The notes: generated by a model from the sequence alone, not told the origin. DNA of 64,000 bases from Octopus sinensis (GCF_006345805.1 NC_043007.1:55800001-55864000), one strand, 5' to 3'; shown: positions 38,761 through 54,300, numbered from the stretch's first letter. Numbers and translations are program-made.

Positions 38761-39711
38761 AATGTAGATTGCTAGGGAATAAACACTTTTGATATCGTTC
38801 AAATATTGTTTTGATTCGGATTGGCTTGGTTTGGCGGCAGCATGGATAAGAGGAGAAGGAAGATGTGCTAACATGCAGGTCTTATCATATGAACATGAAC
38901 ATTCTCGAGCATCATCAATGCTACTCTGCACCACTAAGTTCGAGAGGTTCTGTCAACATGTATCGAAATTGTTGTAATTTAAGGTCGACTGCTGATGAAG
39001 GGCATGTCCCACATTGCAAACCGTACGTAAAAATTTTGCAGCTTATTCATGTAACTGCGGTTCCCTCAACAATCATAAACTTTAAGATAAAAAAAATAAC
39101 TATAAATGAATAACGGATACACCAAAACAACAGAAGTAAACATCAAGAAAGAAAAGGGAAATGAAACAAAGGAAAAGACAAACAAGAAAAATAATCTCAG
39201 AAACGTAAACGAGTATTTGCGTTACTAAGTAAATAGCTGGATGAATGCATTGAAGATACATATTAATTTAAGATTTCCAAACATTTACATGTAAATATTT
39301 CCATATACATTATGTATGTCGAGCATGGATATTTACATGTTTAATACACAAAGCGAGTCAGGTAGGATGAAACGGTTTGCAAAATGTGGTAAAAACAAAA
39401 GATAACACACAGCCATTAGTTTTGCATGCATGCACACACACACATACATACATACATACATACATACATACATACATACATACATACATACATACATACA
39501 TACATGCATACATACGCACGTATGTACGTACATACATATATGCATTCATATATGCATATATTCCTATGTATATGCATGCATAGATACATATATAAACATA
39601 TATGAATGTGTGCATGTATACATATATATATATACTTGCATATACATATATACATAAGTAAATGCATATGCATACGCATCTGCACAGACACACGCATACA
39701 TACATGCATAC

Positions 39712-39825
<114 letters not shown>

Positions 39826-40076
39826 ATCGTGCGTTTTCTCTTTAATGTAACTCTGAATATGGAAGGTTAGCATAATCACAATCATTGAAATATTTAATGA
39901 TATAAAATATAGTTTTATAATCCGATAACCAGAGATAGTTTTTATTGTTTCTGTAATGTGCAAAGTTACTTAAAGCAATTCCAGTTTGGAAGAGAGAGAT
40001 AAATAAAAAAACGTATATGCGTGTATGTATATGCCTATGCGTAAATGTGTTTATATTAATTTTATATAAAAACATG

Positions 40077-40138
<62 letters not shown>

Positions 40139-42214
40139 GATGCATGCACCCGTTTGATATTTTCTGTTTTGTATATTTTCTATTATTTCCAATTTTGTTT
40201 GTATTTGTAATTGTAATACTGAACTTTTTAAACCACATATCTCTCTAGAGATATCTATTCATATATCTTACATCTGCATTATTCACTCGCTTAATCATGC
40301 TCTCTCTTTTTCTCTTTCTGTATGCACACACATATTTATATACATAAACACTCATTGACACATGCACACGAATATTTATTTCCCGTCGAGGATAAGATGC
40401 AGTTGCGTGGAAGGCTGTGGGAACATATTTGCCTCGGCTAATGCTATGCGTTCTGTGCCATCATGGAGAGGACACAGAAGATTTTCCGAAAGTACCTTGC
40501 GCAACCGAAGCGAAAACGAGCTGAGAGAAATTAGGGAGAATTAATAATAGTATGATTTTGGACAACAAAAACGAAGCGGTTACATTTAATATTGCTTGGT
40601 ATCAATTCTTGGCGAACTGAATTTATCATTGGTTTGACTGAAGATAAACAAACATCCAACGATTATTGCTACCCACAGTGAACGAGAGAGGGAGACAGGA
40701 GTGAGAAGAGTGAGTGAGAAAGAGAGAGAGAGAGAGGGGGGGAGCAAAGACGTAGACGGAGAATGGGAGATATAAGGATAAAGAAATCGCATTAACATGC
40801 CATTAAAGGAAAACGGTTTTTCTTATACTGTAATATTCCATGCATTATGTTATAATATACTGAAATGTACCATTTCAGTCAAAACTGCTGGTAGAAATTA
40901 AATACACAGGGCAGAGGTAAACGACTGTCTTCTATACTGTCACTCATATACATAAACACACAGTGTTGGCCATCTGCAGAGAACCTTAACATGATAACAC
41001 TGCTTCACGTGCCAAGTAATTGCTATGACTGTTTCAGTTTACCAGATTTCAAACACTATTTTTTGAACCGCCTGAGACTATAAAGGAGGCCCCTGCCCAA
41101 TATCTACGCACTGAGAACACGTAACGCTGATGTTGCACAGTTTTTTCAAAAGAAAGATAAATACGTATTGTAACATTTATGCTAGTTCAATGAAATTTCA
41201 TTGAAATGCGAATTGAAACTATATCACAAAGATCATTTGCAGGAGTCGTACCACATTTTTGATAGCATTTGGAGTATTTCATAAAACCAGATCCACCTTT
41301 ATTGGGTAAACATCTAAACTATCATCACCCCTTTAGTAGTAGTAGCAGCAGAAACAATAAAACCAGAATCATCTGTAAAACCGCTATATTGTTGATATTG
41401 TATCTAGATATTATGAATAAATTATTCAGTTTAGTAATGCAGTAAATTATGAACAACATAATTAGTGAATACGTTTTCAATGAAGAAATTAATAGGCATT
41501 TGTGTAAAATTATAATGATGCTTAGCTTTACACACACGATTATATGCATACATATTCTCACACACACATTATTTCTGCTCTTTGTGTGTGTGTGTGTGTG
41601 TGTTTGTGTGTGTGTGTATAAAGCGTTGAGACTTTCATCATCATCATCATCATCATCATCTTTGCTGTAATCGTCCTTCTTGCCATTCTCGACGCCATCC
41701 TCATTTGTATGAGCAAGACCGCTACCATCCCTCATCTTATGATTACTGCTTCTCTGTATTGCTATGCCTGTGTGTGAGGGTCTGTGTGTATATACCATTC
41801 TTAGTAATATATATATATATATATATATAAAACCAGGGACCTGTCGTCAGAGTAGGCAAAATAGGAAGTCCCTGTCAAGACTAAAACTATAAATAATAAT
41901 TGTTAAATATAAAAAGTAAATTATTAAATTATTTCTTCTTCATTGTAAAATTACAAATTTCATGTCAGGAATTAAGTTTTTAATTCAGTTGTATTATTTT
42001 GTTATGAAGAAGATATTTTGCTGCCTTCAATTTATTATGTATCAACCTATTAAACTTACTTTGTACGTATTCACTTCCAGAATGAATGAAATACGGATTC
42101 GTTAAGGCATAATAATTTCTACCTTTGTTTTGCATCATTATTAGCGAATGGGTTGTGCGTCTGTGTGGCATTATATGTGTGGTTGCCTTCAATGATTGAA
42201 CTACTTTTATAAGC

Positions 42215-42248
42215 AACGACGACAACAACAACAACAACAACAACAACA

Positions 42249-42307
<59 letters not shown>

Positions 42308-42338
42308 CACCACCACCACCACCACCACCACCACCACC

Positions 42339-42394
<56 letters not shown>

Positions 42395-42422
42395 CACTAC
42401 TACTTCTGCTGCTGCTGCTGCT
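42215..42422. repeat. Compound in-register trinucleotide tract (CAA)(CTA)(CCA)(CTA)(CTG)
   Basis: Direct reading. Confidence 0.95.
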
Positions 42423-42499
42423 AATGTAGTTGTGGTGGTAATTATTATTATGAGTGGACCCGTTCTTAATGCTCCCCTTTGGTTTTGATGCTATATAAG

Positions 42500-43200
42500 T
42501 AATTATTTAGAAAAATAATCATTTGATGTGCATTTATGGAAGATCATTTGAGCAGGAAACTTCTTCCGAGTGCCTTGGTAGGTTTTTAGAGTTGCTTGGT
42601 TTATCATGGGGCATTATCCAAATAACAGCTCTTCCTGTTGTAAAAATCCTCTCCGCCAATATTAAAATGGCTAGGCGTTATTTAACTGCAGCAAGCGTGA
42701 AATAAAATTACCCGTTGATGTTGATGGAGTTAAGAGAAAGAAGCGTAGGATGCAAATTGCTTAATTGATGTTTCATCACTAAACATGATTTATCGTCTCT
42801 CCTCCTTTCCCAACTTTTATGATTCTCACAAAATTGCAGATGAACCTTCATTATTTTATTGGAAGTCTTGATAATAGTAGGAAGCCTTTTTACAATTATT
42901 GCTCAATATCTTAGTGCTACATTTTCCCATTCTAAACAGTGCTTCTAAGGCACTGCTTTTGTGATTGCATGATACTGCTAGATGTAAATAGGGATGCCCA
43001 CAAAGACGTTGAATCCTACTTTCAGTTTAAATAAATAAGGTCTACTTAAAGACTTGTATTCACAATTCTGCTCAAATCGAGACAAAGCTTTCAGGACAGC
43101 GTCAGCAGTAATGTACATTGGTATTTTCCTCAACGTGATTCCTTTGTCACATAATGCAATAATTTGAAAGGTTTTGTTTCAATTGAGAATTCCATGTATG
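42500..43200 (-). mobile_element. Decayed Tc1-like transposase
   Basis: Scraps MKVHLQFCENHKSWE and IMFSDETSIKQF, typical of the first catalytic Asp region. Confidence 0.6.
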
Positions 43201-44124
43201 ATACAACATCGGAAATGTTTATGGATGAACGATGAAACAATATTTTATCATTTATCTTTCATCACGGTACGTAATAGTCATTAACTTTGTACCAAACATC
43301 TGATGATGCATAATTACACTTTATCATTATATCAAAACATTTAGAATAAAAACTAATTTCGACTTCGTATTCAAATTTTTGATCAGAATAGTGTGTGTTT
43401 GTACACACACACACACACACACATAAGTTATATGTCGCGCGCGCACATAGACACACACACATATACACACACTCATACACGCACACAGACACATATAAAT
43501 TATACATTACTTATACAGGATGTAAAGCTCATATGTATTTTTTCCCCTACCATCACAACTCTGAAGAAGCTCTCTGTTGGAAACCTCGGTAACTCCACTT
43601 CTTACGACTATATAGCTTTATCCTTTGCTACGTTTTCATGTATAATAGGCACACGATACACACTCACATATACATATATCTGCAAGCTGTACGGTATGTT
43701 AAAACTAATTTAATGTTTTTATATATAATATATACAGTCAAAAGCCAGGTAGTGGTATTAATCCAAGAGATGGATTAAGCAGACAAAATAAACGCTATCT
43801 TGTCCTACACTTTTATGATTGATCATTTCACATGTTTGGACTTCTACAGTACTTTATCGATCTCAAAAAGAGGAAAGGCAACACCGACCTTGGAAGAACT
43901 CAGAGCTAGAGATTCGGAACAAATTACCACAGGCATCTTGACATATACTTTAGTAACACTGCATACAGTATGTCTAAAGGAAATGATGGGTTTGACTACA
44001 GCCTGAACGTCTTTGATCATATATTTGCTGAATAATATATGACACTGGGCCAAACAATAGCAATAGCAACAACAACAACAACAACAATTTACCTAGAGTT
44101 AGTTAAATATCTATCGTGCAGTTG

Positions 44125-44330
44125 GCGGCAAGCTGGTAGAATCGTTACTGAGTTGAACAATATACTTAGTGGCATTTCTTCCAACTTAACGTTTTGACTT
44201 CAAATACCGTTGGGATCGACTTTGCCTTTCGGGGTCGATAAAATAAATACCAGTTGAGTACTGAGGATGACGTACTCGACTTATACCCTCCCATCAAATT
44301 GCTGATCTTATGCCAAAAGTTGAAACTAAA
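44125..44330 (+). mobile_element. SINE family B
   Basis: ggcggcaagctggtagaatcgtt...gtcgactttgcctttcggggtcgataaa-like body. Confidence 0.8.
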
Positions 44331-44832
44331 TAGCTGTCGTGCAGGTGACAAGATATGAACGTATCAGCATAGTCAAATATAACTGAGTCTGACTGTCTAT
44401 GTCTCTTTGGGAGAGGAAGTTACTTTGAATAATCACTAGCACATTCCAAATGTTTCTTGGTAACAACAGTTGAGGAATACACAGAATATTACAGACTCAG
44501 GATATATTTACAAGCTGCTTTATTAGACATAATTATCGACAAGGTTGAGGTAAAAATTATATTTTTATGTAATTCATATTTTTTTTTATTACAAAGAAAA
44601 TAAAATTTTCTGTTAATAAATGGAAAATACCAGTTTCTGATATCTTGATTCCTAAAAATTACCGTCCCCTAAAATATTAAACAAGAATAATACAAGTATC
44701 AAAATATATGGAGAAAAATAAACCGAAGAATATTTTTGGGTTATATAATCATGCAAAAATACTTATAAGCACATGCACACATTTGTAAGCGAACACACAC
44801 TAAAACAAAAAGAAAGAGACAAAGGGAAGTAG

Positions 44833-44878
<46 letters not shown>

Positions 44879-45614
44879 AGATGGAAGAGATATGAGAGAG
44901 ATATATGAAAATAAGAATCGAGTCAAAGGTAGAGAGAATAAAAATGAAAATGAAAAGCAAATAGCATGAATATTGCTTATTTTAGTCTGTGCCAAATTGC
45001 AAATGTAGTACATATGTAGTGCACTTTTGCATGACCACAGACGTAGTCTTACACCATCCACTGACTATAAAAATATCTCAACTTCCACAGCTTACATGTA
45101 AAGGTCATTGTAAGAAACTTCCGCCATGTATAGCTGTTTTTATTTCATATTTTTACTTCACTGTTTCTTTTGCTCCCTCTCCTTTCTCTTTGATGCACAT
45201 TATGATACACACGCGCACAGCCACACATATAAATATATGTGTGTGTGTGTGTATGTGTATATATATATGTATATATATACATACACACACATGAATGCAT
45301 ACATGTGTATGAATAAAAGCATGTAATATTGATGTATATGCATAAATGTTCTTCTGTATATACGTATGTTATACACACACACTCGCACACAAATCCACGC
45401 GGACATATATAATATAAAGAGTAAAAGCTGTTGAGAAAACTCCATTGCAGTAATAACTGCAGCTAATTTTAGTTTAGTCAATGCCAACTTGTAATAAGGT
45501 AATACACAATAGACCCAAAAAGACTGAAAATAATCTGTTATATTCAGGCTATGTTCATTTACCTTGTTGGCTACTTTCGCTTTCTAAATATTGTCTTTTG
45601 TTTTCTTTTTGCAG

Positions 45615-45671
45615 TTCATTATCACAGGCATATTAGGTGTGTGTTCCACACGAAGGAAATCCCCATACTTG
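45615..45671 (+). CDS. Internal coding exon of a probable four-transmembrane protein (TMEM196-like or MS4A/CD20-like)
   Basis: Strong acceptor ttttgttttctttttgcag and donor GTAAGA; 57 nt, phase 0-0; encodes FIITGILGVCSTRRKSPYL, which resembles the recalled TMEM196 segment FLLCGICGILCAKKKSGLV. Other exons were not found. Confidence 0.62.
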
Positions 45672-45901
45672 GTAAGATTGCAAATTTATCTATATTCTTT
45701 CTCTCTCTCTCTCCCTCCCCTTCCATGTGTATACATGTATGTGCGTGTGAGTGTGTGTATTGTGTTTGGTAACATGTATGTTCATGTGTAAACACACACA
45801 GGCTTTGTATGTATGCGTGTCTACGTGTCACAGTGTGCGCAAGTGCGAATGTAAGCTAAATGCGTATAAAAGTTTTTGTCCAGAAATTTACAAGTGCCCT
45901 T

Positions 45902-46030
45902 TTTCTTCTTCTTCTTCTTCTTCTTCTTCTTCTTCTTCTTCTTCTTCTTCTTCTTCTTCTTCTTCTTCTTCTTCTTCTTCTTCTTCTTCTTCTTCTTCTT
46001 CTTCTTCTTCTTCTTCTTCTTCTTCTTCTT

Positions 46031-46060
<30 letters not shown>
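45902..46060. repeat. Long pure (TTC)n
   Basis: Direct reading. Confidence 0.95.
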
Positions 46061-46061
<1 letters not shown>

Positions 46062-46173
46062 TTATTATTATTGGTGTTGCTATTACTTCTATTATAACTT
46101 TTTAAACATATTTTTATTCATTTTACTAATACTCCTATTCCTATAATAGAATATGCTTAAAGCAGGTCTTGTG

Positions 46174-46233
<60 letters not shown>

Positions 46234-46489
46234 AATTGAGATTCAGTTGAATTAGTTAAGTTGAAGCACCAGCAGCTGAAGGAAACGAATATTTAAAACT
46301 GATATTGCACTCTGCTATTTTTATACATCACTGCTTAGCGTTGTCACCCCTTATTGTTCAGTTATGTGGAGCCGCTTGAAATGGTGGAACTGCATCACTA
46401 CTTGATATCCTGTTACTTATTTTTATTTTTATATATATATATATAATATATATATATATATATGAATTACAGGATGGCAGTGCAAAGCA

Positions 46490-46537
<48 letters not shown>

Positions 46538-47262
46538 CAGGCTTTGTACTTGTTCAAATATGCTTGAGGCATATTTGAACCAGTTAGAAAGCTATTCACT
46601 GTATTTTGTCACGGAAACAATTTCTTGCCGTAGGCAAATCGGTGAAGATACACTGAGTCAGTACAGTGCACTCCATAACCAAACTGTTGGATGCATGCAT
46701 TTCAGTGTGGTTATCACCTCTTCTGTAGCAGAGACCAGAAAAATAGACGCTGTGAACTAACACGTGACACGGGTCCCTCTTATGGTATAACATTATCAAC
46801 GATTGCTTGACAAAATTAAAAAAAATGATAATCTGATTCTTAGGTCCTATTATTTTATAATTATATAATTATGGCGTTATATATCAATATTTGTTAAAAT
46901 GTACTAATAATTGAAACAGCTATAGGAGATGAATATTTGATATTGTAGCTTGTCTTATTTCATCCATTATAACCTGTTGCACAGTATGAGCAAGAACATG
47001 CTTGGAAATGCATTTAACATGTGAAATTTCGGAAGTCTGATGTGACGTAATAAGCTGAACTTTTATTCTTTTATTGCTTTTTCTGGGTAGTACATTGAGT
47101 TCTTGAGCATAACACTTCATCTCTCGTTGCTCTGCGATCACTTCGACACCTGACGCGTGGTACACCGTGCTCCTTTCAGGCAACGTCAATTTGATGGAGA
47201 GAGTGAGCTACTGTGAAGCACGAGTATGCTCATAATTCGTCTTCGACGGGAGAGTCCATCAT

Positions 47263-47304
<42 letters not shown>

Positions 47305-47553
47305 GGCAAAAAGAAAATGGAGGGGATACAAAAATGACATACATCAGCGAGTAGACATTCTATTATGTCTATTTATTCCAAAACAGAAGGGAGTATTATA
47401 AGAATACATACACATGCATATATATGTGCTACACACATATATACTAGTAATACATAAAAGTGTAAAATATTAAATGATCAGTTCCTTACGTCCGTTTCTG
47501 CCAAGAGGTACTATCCCTTAGTTGGTTGGCTTCCCAAACTCTAACTCTCACGA

Positions 47554-47613
<60 letters not shown>

Positions 47614-48431
47614 CTTTGTCTGCCTCTAATTTGCAGATATATAATTCATCATATGTTTAATCAAGTTCCGTTACTTTCTCGTCCTCTCTTGTTCTCCCCC
47701 TCGTCTCTCTCTCTCGCTCTCTCTCTCGCTCTCGCTCTCTGCATTGATTTTGCTATTTTTCGTTTTGATCTTTTTTCGTTTCATTACCAGCTTTCTTTCT
47801 GTTTCTTTCTCCTACCCTTCTCCATTCCTAGTTTCTCCAACACTATTATTATCTTGTTAACTTTGGTTTTGTGTCACCTTAAATAAAGGGACATACCCTA
47901 AACGTAGCTAGATATCTGATCTAGTCTGTTTTGTTCTCTATCGTCTTTTTTTTATATTATTAATGTTATTAATTTGTACCGTACAAGGAAGGGATAGCGG
48001 TAGAAATGAGATGTTTTTAACTCTTGAAAATATATATTAGTAATAATCCTTATTAATTCTCCCTTCACCACTTATGTGGCTATTCTCGCACCCACCACCA
48101 TTTTTCACTTGGCTTCATCTTAAAGAATGTCGGTTTCAAATTAAGCACTTGTATTGTCGAAAGAAAAAAGAAGAAAAAAAATTGAAGCAAAATGAAAACT
48201 GGGCAGCTTTCTCATATTTTGGCAGTAATTAAATATTTATTTATAGAGCAATACTTTAAATTTGTTCCAAGTGAGTTTTTCTTGATACAGGTTTCTTTAA
48301 AATGCTACACGAACTCATCTAACTAGTTTATTCAGAAAATATCTTTCTATTTATACATACTCTCTTTCTCTCTCTCTCTCTCACACACACACATATACGC
48401 ACACACAAACACACATAATCACTCACAACAT

Positions 48432-48523
<92 letters not shown>

Positions 48524-50457
48524 TTTCCTGTAGAGATTCTTGTAAACACATGTATAGATGTGGCAGTGAGGGTTATAAACTGTTGCCAAGAAAATTTTAA
48601 AACTCTGGTTCAGTTTCTGGGGTCATTTACGCAGATAAAAACTGTAAAGAAATTTTGGCTTTATGCATATCTTTAGAAGACAATTGCATCGCTTTCATTT
48701 GTAAAGTAGCATAGCATATTATATCAGAAAATGGAAATAAAAGAAGAATCTGGTAAATTCATTTGCACTAAACAGATAAAAGATGATACATCAATCTGTC
48801 CTAAGTTACATTGTCAGAAGACCTGAAATATTTTCTTCATAGTTGGGTGAACAACTTGTAAGATAAATCGAATGTAATCTAATCTGAGTTTCAGGATAGA
48901 GATAAACCTTCTGTCGAATAGTGTATCGTTTACTCCACACGACACTACCAAATGGATCCAACAAGTGATAAATATAAAATGAAGATTTCTACCCAGATAA
49001 TTTTCAAAACACCACCAGAAAATTTGAACACATGATCCTTGTTCAAATACTCTAATACTTCATCCATTATACTATTTCACCTCAACTGAACATCTTAAGT
49101 AATGCAGAATTAAATGTAAAGAGAATAGATACATAGAACTATATTGCTAAAGGTAAAAATCTATGCTTCATCAGTTGGTCGTTCAATATCCGACCAACGA
49201 AGTAATTTCATCTCTATCAACTAATATTGATTACTAACAAAGCTCGAATCCAGGCTTTGTCACAATGTTATGTAAGGCAAGATATATTAGTTTACTTCAC
49301 TAATGTATGAAACTTTAATGTATTTGCAATTTTCACTTGAGTGACTATAAGGAGGACGGTTCCTAGTTACAAGTTACTTGCTTCAGCAGTTCCTGTAAAT
49401 ATGCAAAACCAGCCATCTGATTCTAATATGCAAAATCACATTCATGTAATATATAAGAAATATAGTAGAATTCTACTAATAAACCGGACATAATGCGCTC
49501 TCTGACATTACACAATCATACGTATTAGGTTATTTAAATGAAACACGGAGTGGATATTCGAGGGCAAGTTATTAATGCATAGCTAAATATTTCTATCTAT
49601 TTCAAAGTTTCTTCCATTTAATCATAAAAGATATAAAGCTGTTATTATTTTTAACACGTTCGTGTACCCTGAAACATGGTAAGACCTTCGCTGCGGTTAA
49701 CGGTCTCGTCTCGGAAGAGGAATTCTTATAGACATTGTGTTTGAAAACACACCGAGTTGGATTATAAATGAGATCATCAGACTGCTGGGTACATACTTTT
49801 GCATCGTCACGCTTTACCAGTTACAGATAGCAAATCTGCTTTTGAAATCTCACTAAGAACTGCCATATGCAGACAGCAAAAGATAACTTTGCTGGCTTGG
49901 GCAAAGCTCTGTTAAGCTTAATTAATATATTTAATACAACATATTATTTATGAAAGACAAAAGACAAACCATGGCATATTTCATAAACCAAGTTTACATT
50001 ATAATGTTGAGCATCCTCTGTTAATTGATAACAGTTGATAAAATAATATTTTTTTAAAGTACAAGATGAACCATGTAAAGAAGTGATGACACAAAGAAAT
50101 CTAGACTATTTGCATAGTGAATCACAGCATTGATTTTAATGTAATTTGAACTTATAAGAGTGACCATTGAAATAAGTTAGTGTAAAGATTTTATGCGGAC
50201 TTGCGACTGGTTACAGCATTTAGATATCAAGCAATGAACTATTTACGCTTCAGCGGAATACATTTCAGTTCATTTGTGTTAAGGGTCAGGGCAATGAAGC
50301 CTCTTTGTTGATGAGCTGTGATATTTACGAAAGGCAGTTTAATATATTTATATTAGTGTGCCAAACAGCAAATTCTGTATATGTATGTGTGTTAATACGC
50401 GCGTGTGTGTATGTGTGTGTGTTTGTTCGTGTTTGTGTGTGTATATGTTTGTACGTA

Positions 50458-50499
<42 letters not shown>

Positions 50500-50833
50500 C
50501 GCTCGTGTGTGTGTAGAAGAAATGAACACACGAGTAACTAAGCCGAGTGGTCAAGAAATTCGCTTCACAAATAAGAGGTACCAGATTCAGTCCTAATGTG
50601 TGGAAATATGAGCGTGCATCTTGCACCATAGTTTCAGAATTTAGAAAAAAAGACGCATAGCTTACCAAAGAAGAGCTGTATTTGAGAAGAAATTGGTGCT
50701 AATAATCTTGAAATTCCTTTTATCCCACCTATCCAATGACTCCACCATTACCATCAATTACTGCTTCAGTACAGGGTCGAAAGTGTTGGCATGCTCGAAT
50801 CAGATGATCCTTATCAGTTTTGGTCACAACACT

Positions 50834-51027
50834 GTTAGTTAGTTAGTTAGTTAGTTAATTTGGCTCAAAAGCAAATAGCAAGGCCATGTAGGGGGACATG
50901 GAGTTAAGTACAGGGTGGTGTTCATGTAAAGAGTTCAGGCCACTTGAGGTCCAGGGAGGCTTTGAACAAAGCGGTCGTCGGCATCTTCACCATCTCGTCT
51001 GGCAGCTTGTTCCACGGATTCGTAACC
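50834..51027 (-). mobile_element. 3' end of a CR1/L2-like LINE with (TAAC)n tail
   Basis: VTNPWNKLPDEMVKMPTTALFKASLDLKWPELFT*, short UTR and tetranucleotide tail. Confidence 0.8.
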
Positions 51028-51789
51028 CAGCAGGACTACTGATAAACAACTGAAATTACTGGAAGATCTACTATTTTCTGTGAGTAATTTGAATTTCCCT
51101 CAAAATGAGTTAAAGAGTTCCAAACCTACAGTTTGGGACAAAAATTTTAGAATCATAAATATCTCCATTTTTTGTGTGAACATTTTGCCGTCACCTCTTC
51201 CTTGAGTATCAGATTATGTAAAATGCCTTTATTGTAACAACAACAATTAAAGCACGCTAAAAGTATGGACGTAAACACCAGCTAACATTATTTTTCTTCT
51301 TGACTACCCGAAATATGCAGACATACCTTTATTTGCAATCACATTATTAACCGTGGAGAATAATAAGAAAAAAAAAAAAGAAAGAAAAAATACTATTTAT
51401 AGTTTTCGCTCTGCTCGTACATGACTCTATTCACAAGTACTGTTTATAGTCGGCGGCCCCTCCTTGATTTTCTCAAAGTCAAGGTCACTGTTCGCAAATT
51501 CCATCACACTATTGCAGACAATTTGAACTCTCTTTGACCGATCGTTCTTCATCTCACTTTATGAGATATTGCTACTGCTGCTATCAGAATTTACTGCTGT
51601 TACTACTATCGCTACAATTAGAAACATTCAAGTTGACAATGACACCGAGATGTCTTTCCCCGTGTCTGAATTATACCGGTGGCACCAACGAAAAATCCCT
51701 TTCTTTCTCTGTGTTGGGAGAAAAGAGAATTTACAATTAAACACTGGTTATGGTGAACTTCAGAGATTATGGGGGTGTTGAACTAGCTC

Positions 51790-52680
51790 TCACCTAGACC
51801 CCATAATTAATAGTCCAGTGGATTGAGGTTCGGTGAGCTAAGTGGCCATGTCTCTGGGAAAACATGATCATAGAAATTGGTACGCATCCACGCTTTGGTT
51901 GTTCAATCCTTATGGAAAGATGCAGAAGCTTTTTATAAGACATTAGGTCTTCCGTTGCGTACTTTGTTTATCGAGAGCTTCACAATTTTCTCCAATACCA
52001 CAACGTAGACAGCAGCATTGACTCTTAAGCCCTGTGAAAAAAGTGAGAGGCTTGACATCTCCCTCATTGCTGACGACTCCAAGAACTATCACAGTTGCTG
52101 GGAATTTAGTATGCATGACTGTTGGAACCTCATTCAGGTCTCTGCACAACCATCTATCGTCCATTCTGTTTATCCTGATCAAAGTCTTTCTCATCGGAGA
52201 AAATCCAAAGCAGTCCAACCTCTTAGTATTTGAACATCTTTAGCAAACACTTTTCCCGTATCGAACAATTCTCTCCTATCACATCAAGTATAAACTGACC
52301 CCTCCGCATCACATATGACTTGTACTGGATGTCCTCATGTACAACTCTTCTGATGGTACATTCTGAAACCTTGAAGTCTTTTGTAATGGCTCTGATTGAC
52401 TTGCCGGGTTTTTATCTATTATTTCTTGGACTTTTTGTACAAAGTTATATCTTTTAATGGTGTTAGGACCCTGTGTATGCGTTTTGTGTTTGGCTGCTGA
52501 TATCATATTCCCGTCAGCAGCTTCCAGCTCCTTTCGACCTTTGGCAACAAAGGGTCAGGAAACTTTCAGGAAGCGAGCTATCTCTGTACCCCTAAGCTGC
52601 ACTTTTAAGGCAATGATTACAACGTACCAATCCAGTTGCTAAGTGAACCTGATGTCTGACATTATTTATCTGAAAAGTAA
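51790..52680 (-). mobile_element. Fossil maT/Bmmar1-like Tc1-mariner transposase
   Basis: DRWLC...VPTVMHTKFPATVIVLGVVSNEGDV and SSPNLNPLDY near 51850-51810. Confidence 0.85.
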
Positions 52681-52959
52681 ATTTAAAAACATAAGTGAGT
52701 AGAAAGAAGTTTTCAATATAATTTTAAAGTCTACTTTTCCATAATTGCAAAGATTAAAAGAAATTTCTTGGGATAGATTTTGCTGTTGCTAACTCGTACC
52801 TCTTTCGAAGCAAAGTAATATTTCCCTTATAAGCAATAGTCAGATATATCGAAAGAAAAGGGAAATACTCTGTCTCTGTCTCTCTCGCACGCACAGGGGT
52901 GTATGTGTGTGTGCACACACATACACACACACACAGAAGCACACACACACACAGAAGCA

Positions 52960-53008
<49 letters not shown>

Positions 53009-53854
53009 GTATACAGTCGAGTAGTATGGTATGGTTCTGGTATGCAATTGGTCAGAATTTTACTGTCGGTTTTTCGTAGACTGTTGCACTTGGTAATATT
53101 CATTCTTCAGACGTACCGACCTGCCTTTTTTTTATTTTGGCAGTATGTATAAATCCTAGATGACACTTTTGCTAATAGGAGCGGAATGGAACATAGTGAA
53201 AAACTATTTCTTTTCTGAAGGAGAAAGTAATTTCTCATTGATTGTTATTAGCCATAGTTGAAACGCGTGAATTGTGTGTGTGTGTAAATGTATGTCCAAA
53301 ACTGGGCACTTATCCTAGTCTCTGATTACTCCTTGTCCCAAAATGTGGCATGTCAAAAGTTAGGTATGAACATGTTACCACAACGAATTCTCACTTATGA
53401 GAGCAGTACACCAAACATTTCGATATTTGTCTTCAGGAAAGCACCCGGGACAATTTATATATATATATGCAAACATTACATCAATTTAAAATGTAGAGCG
53501 ATCTTCAGCTGCATAAAAATATAGACTTTAGTTAAATTCGAAGGATTCTTTTGTATAGTTTTCTTTTTATCCAAAATCACAAAGAGGATAAGTAGATAGA
53601 CAAAGAACATGTTTTTTCAACAACATCACAGTTGTAACTGAGATTTTTTAAAAAGAAGACACTGCTTATCATTGATTATATTTGTTATTCAGATTTACTA
53701 GTGGGGTGGGTGGGTTAGTTTTAATTTATAGACTATTTTATCAAGTCTAATAGAAACTAGAATCTATCTAGAAATGTTTGTATTGCTCAATGAAATGGAG
53801 TTGCATGAAACGATCGTGCTGCATTACCTCTGGATATCCTTGCTGCTTATCTTG

Positions 53855-53948
<94 letters not shown>

Positions 53949-53988
53949 GCACATATATATACATATATATACATATATATATGTGTGT

Positions 53989-54032
<44 letters not shown>

Positions 54033-54056
54033 GTGTGTGTGTGTGTGTGTGTGTGT

Positions 54057-54300
54057 GGAGGCGCAATGGCCCAGGGCTTAGGGCAGCAGACTCGCGGTCG
54101 GAGGATCTTGGTTTCGATTCCCAGACCGGGCGTTGTGTGTGTTTATTGAGTGAAAACAACTAAAGCTCCGCGAGGCCCCTGTTTTACTCTTTCACCCCAA
54201 CTTTCTCTCACTCTTTTTTTATTTTCTTGAGTAACGCTGCGATGGACTGACGTCCCGTCCAGCTGGGGGGAACACATACGCCATAGAAACGGGAAACCGG
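54057..54300 (+). mobile_element. SINE family C
   Basis: Head ggaggcgcaatggccc...ggtttcgattcccagaccgggcg homologous to the 28732 copy. Confidence 0.85.
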
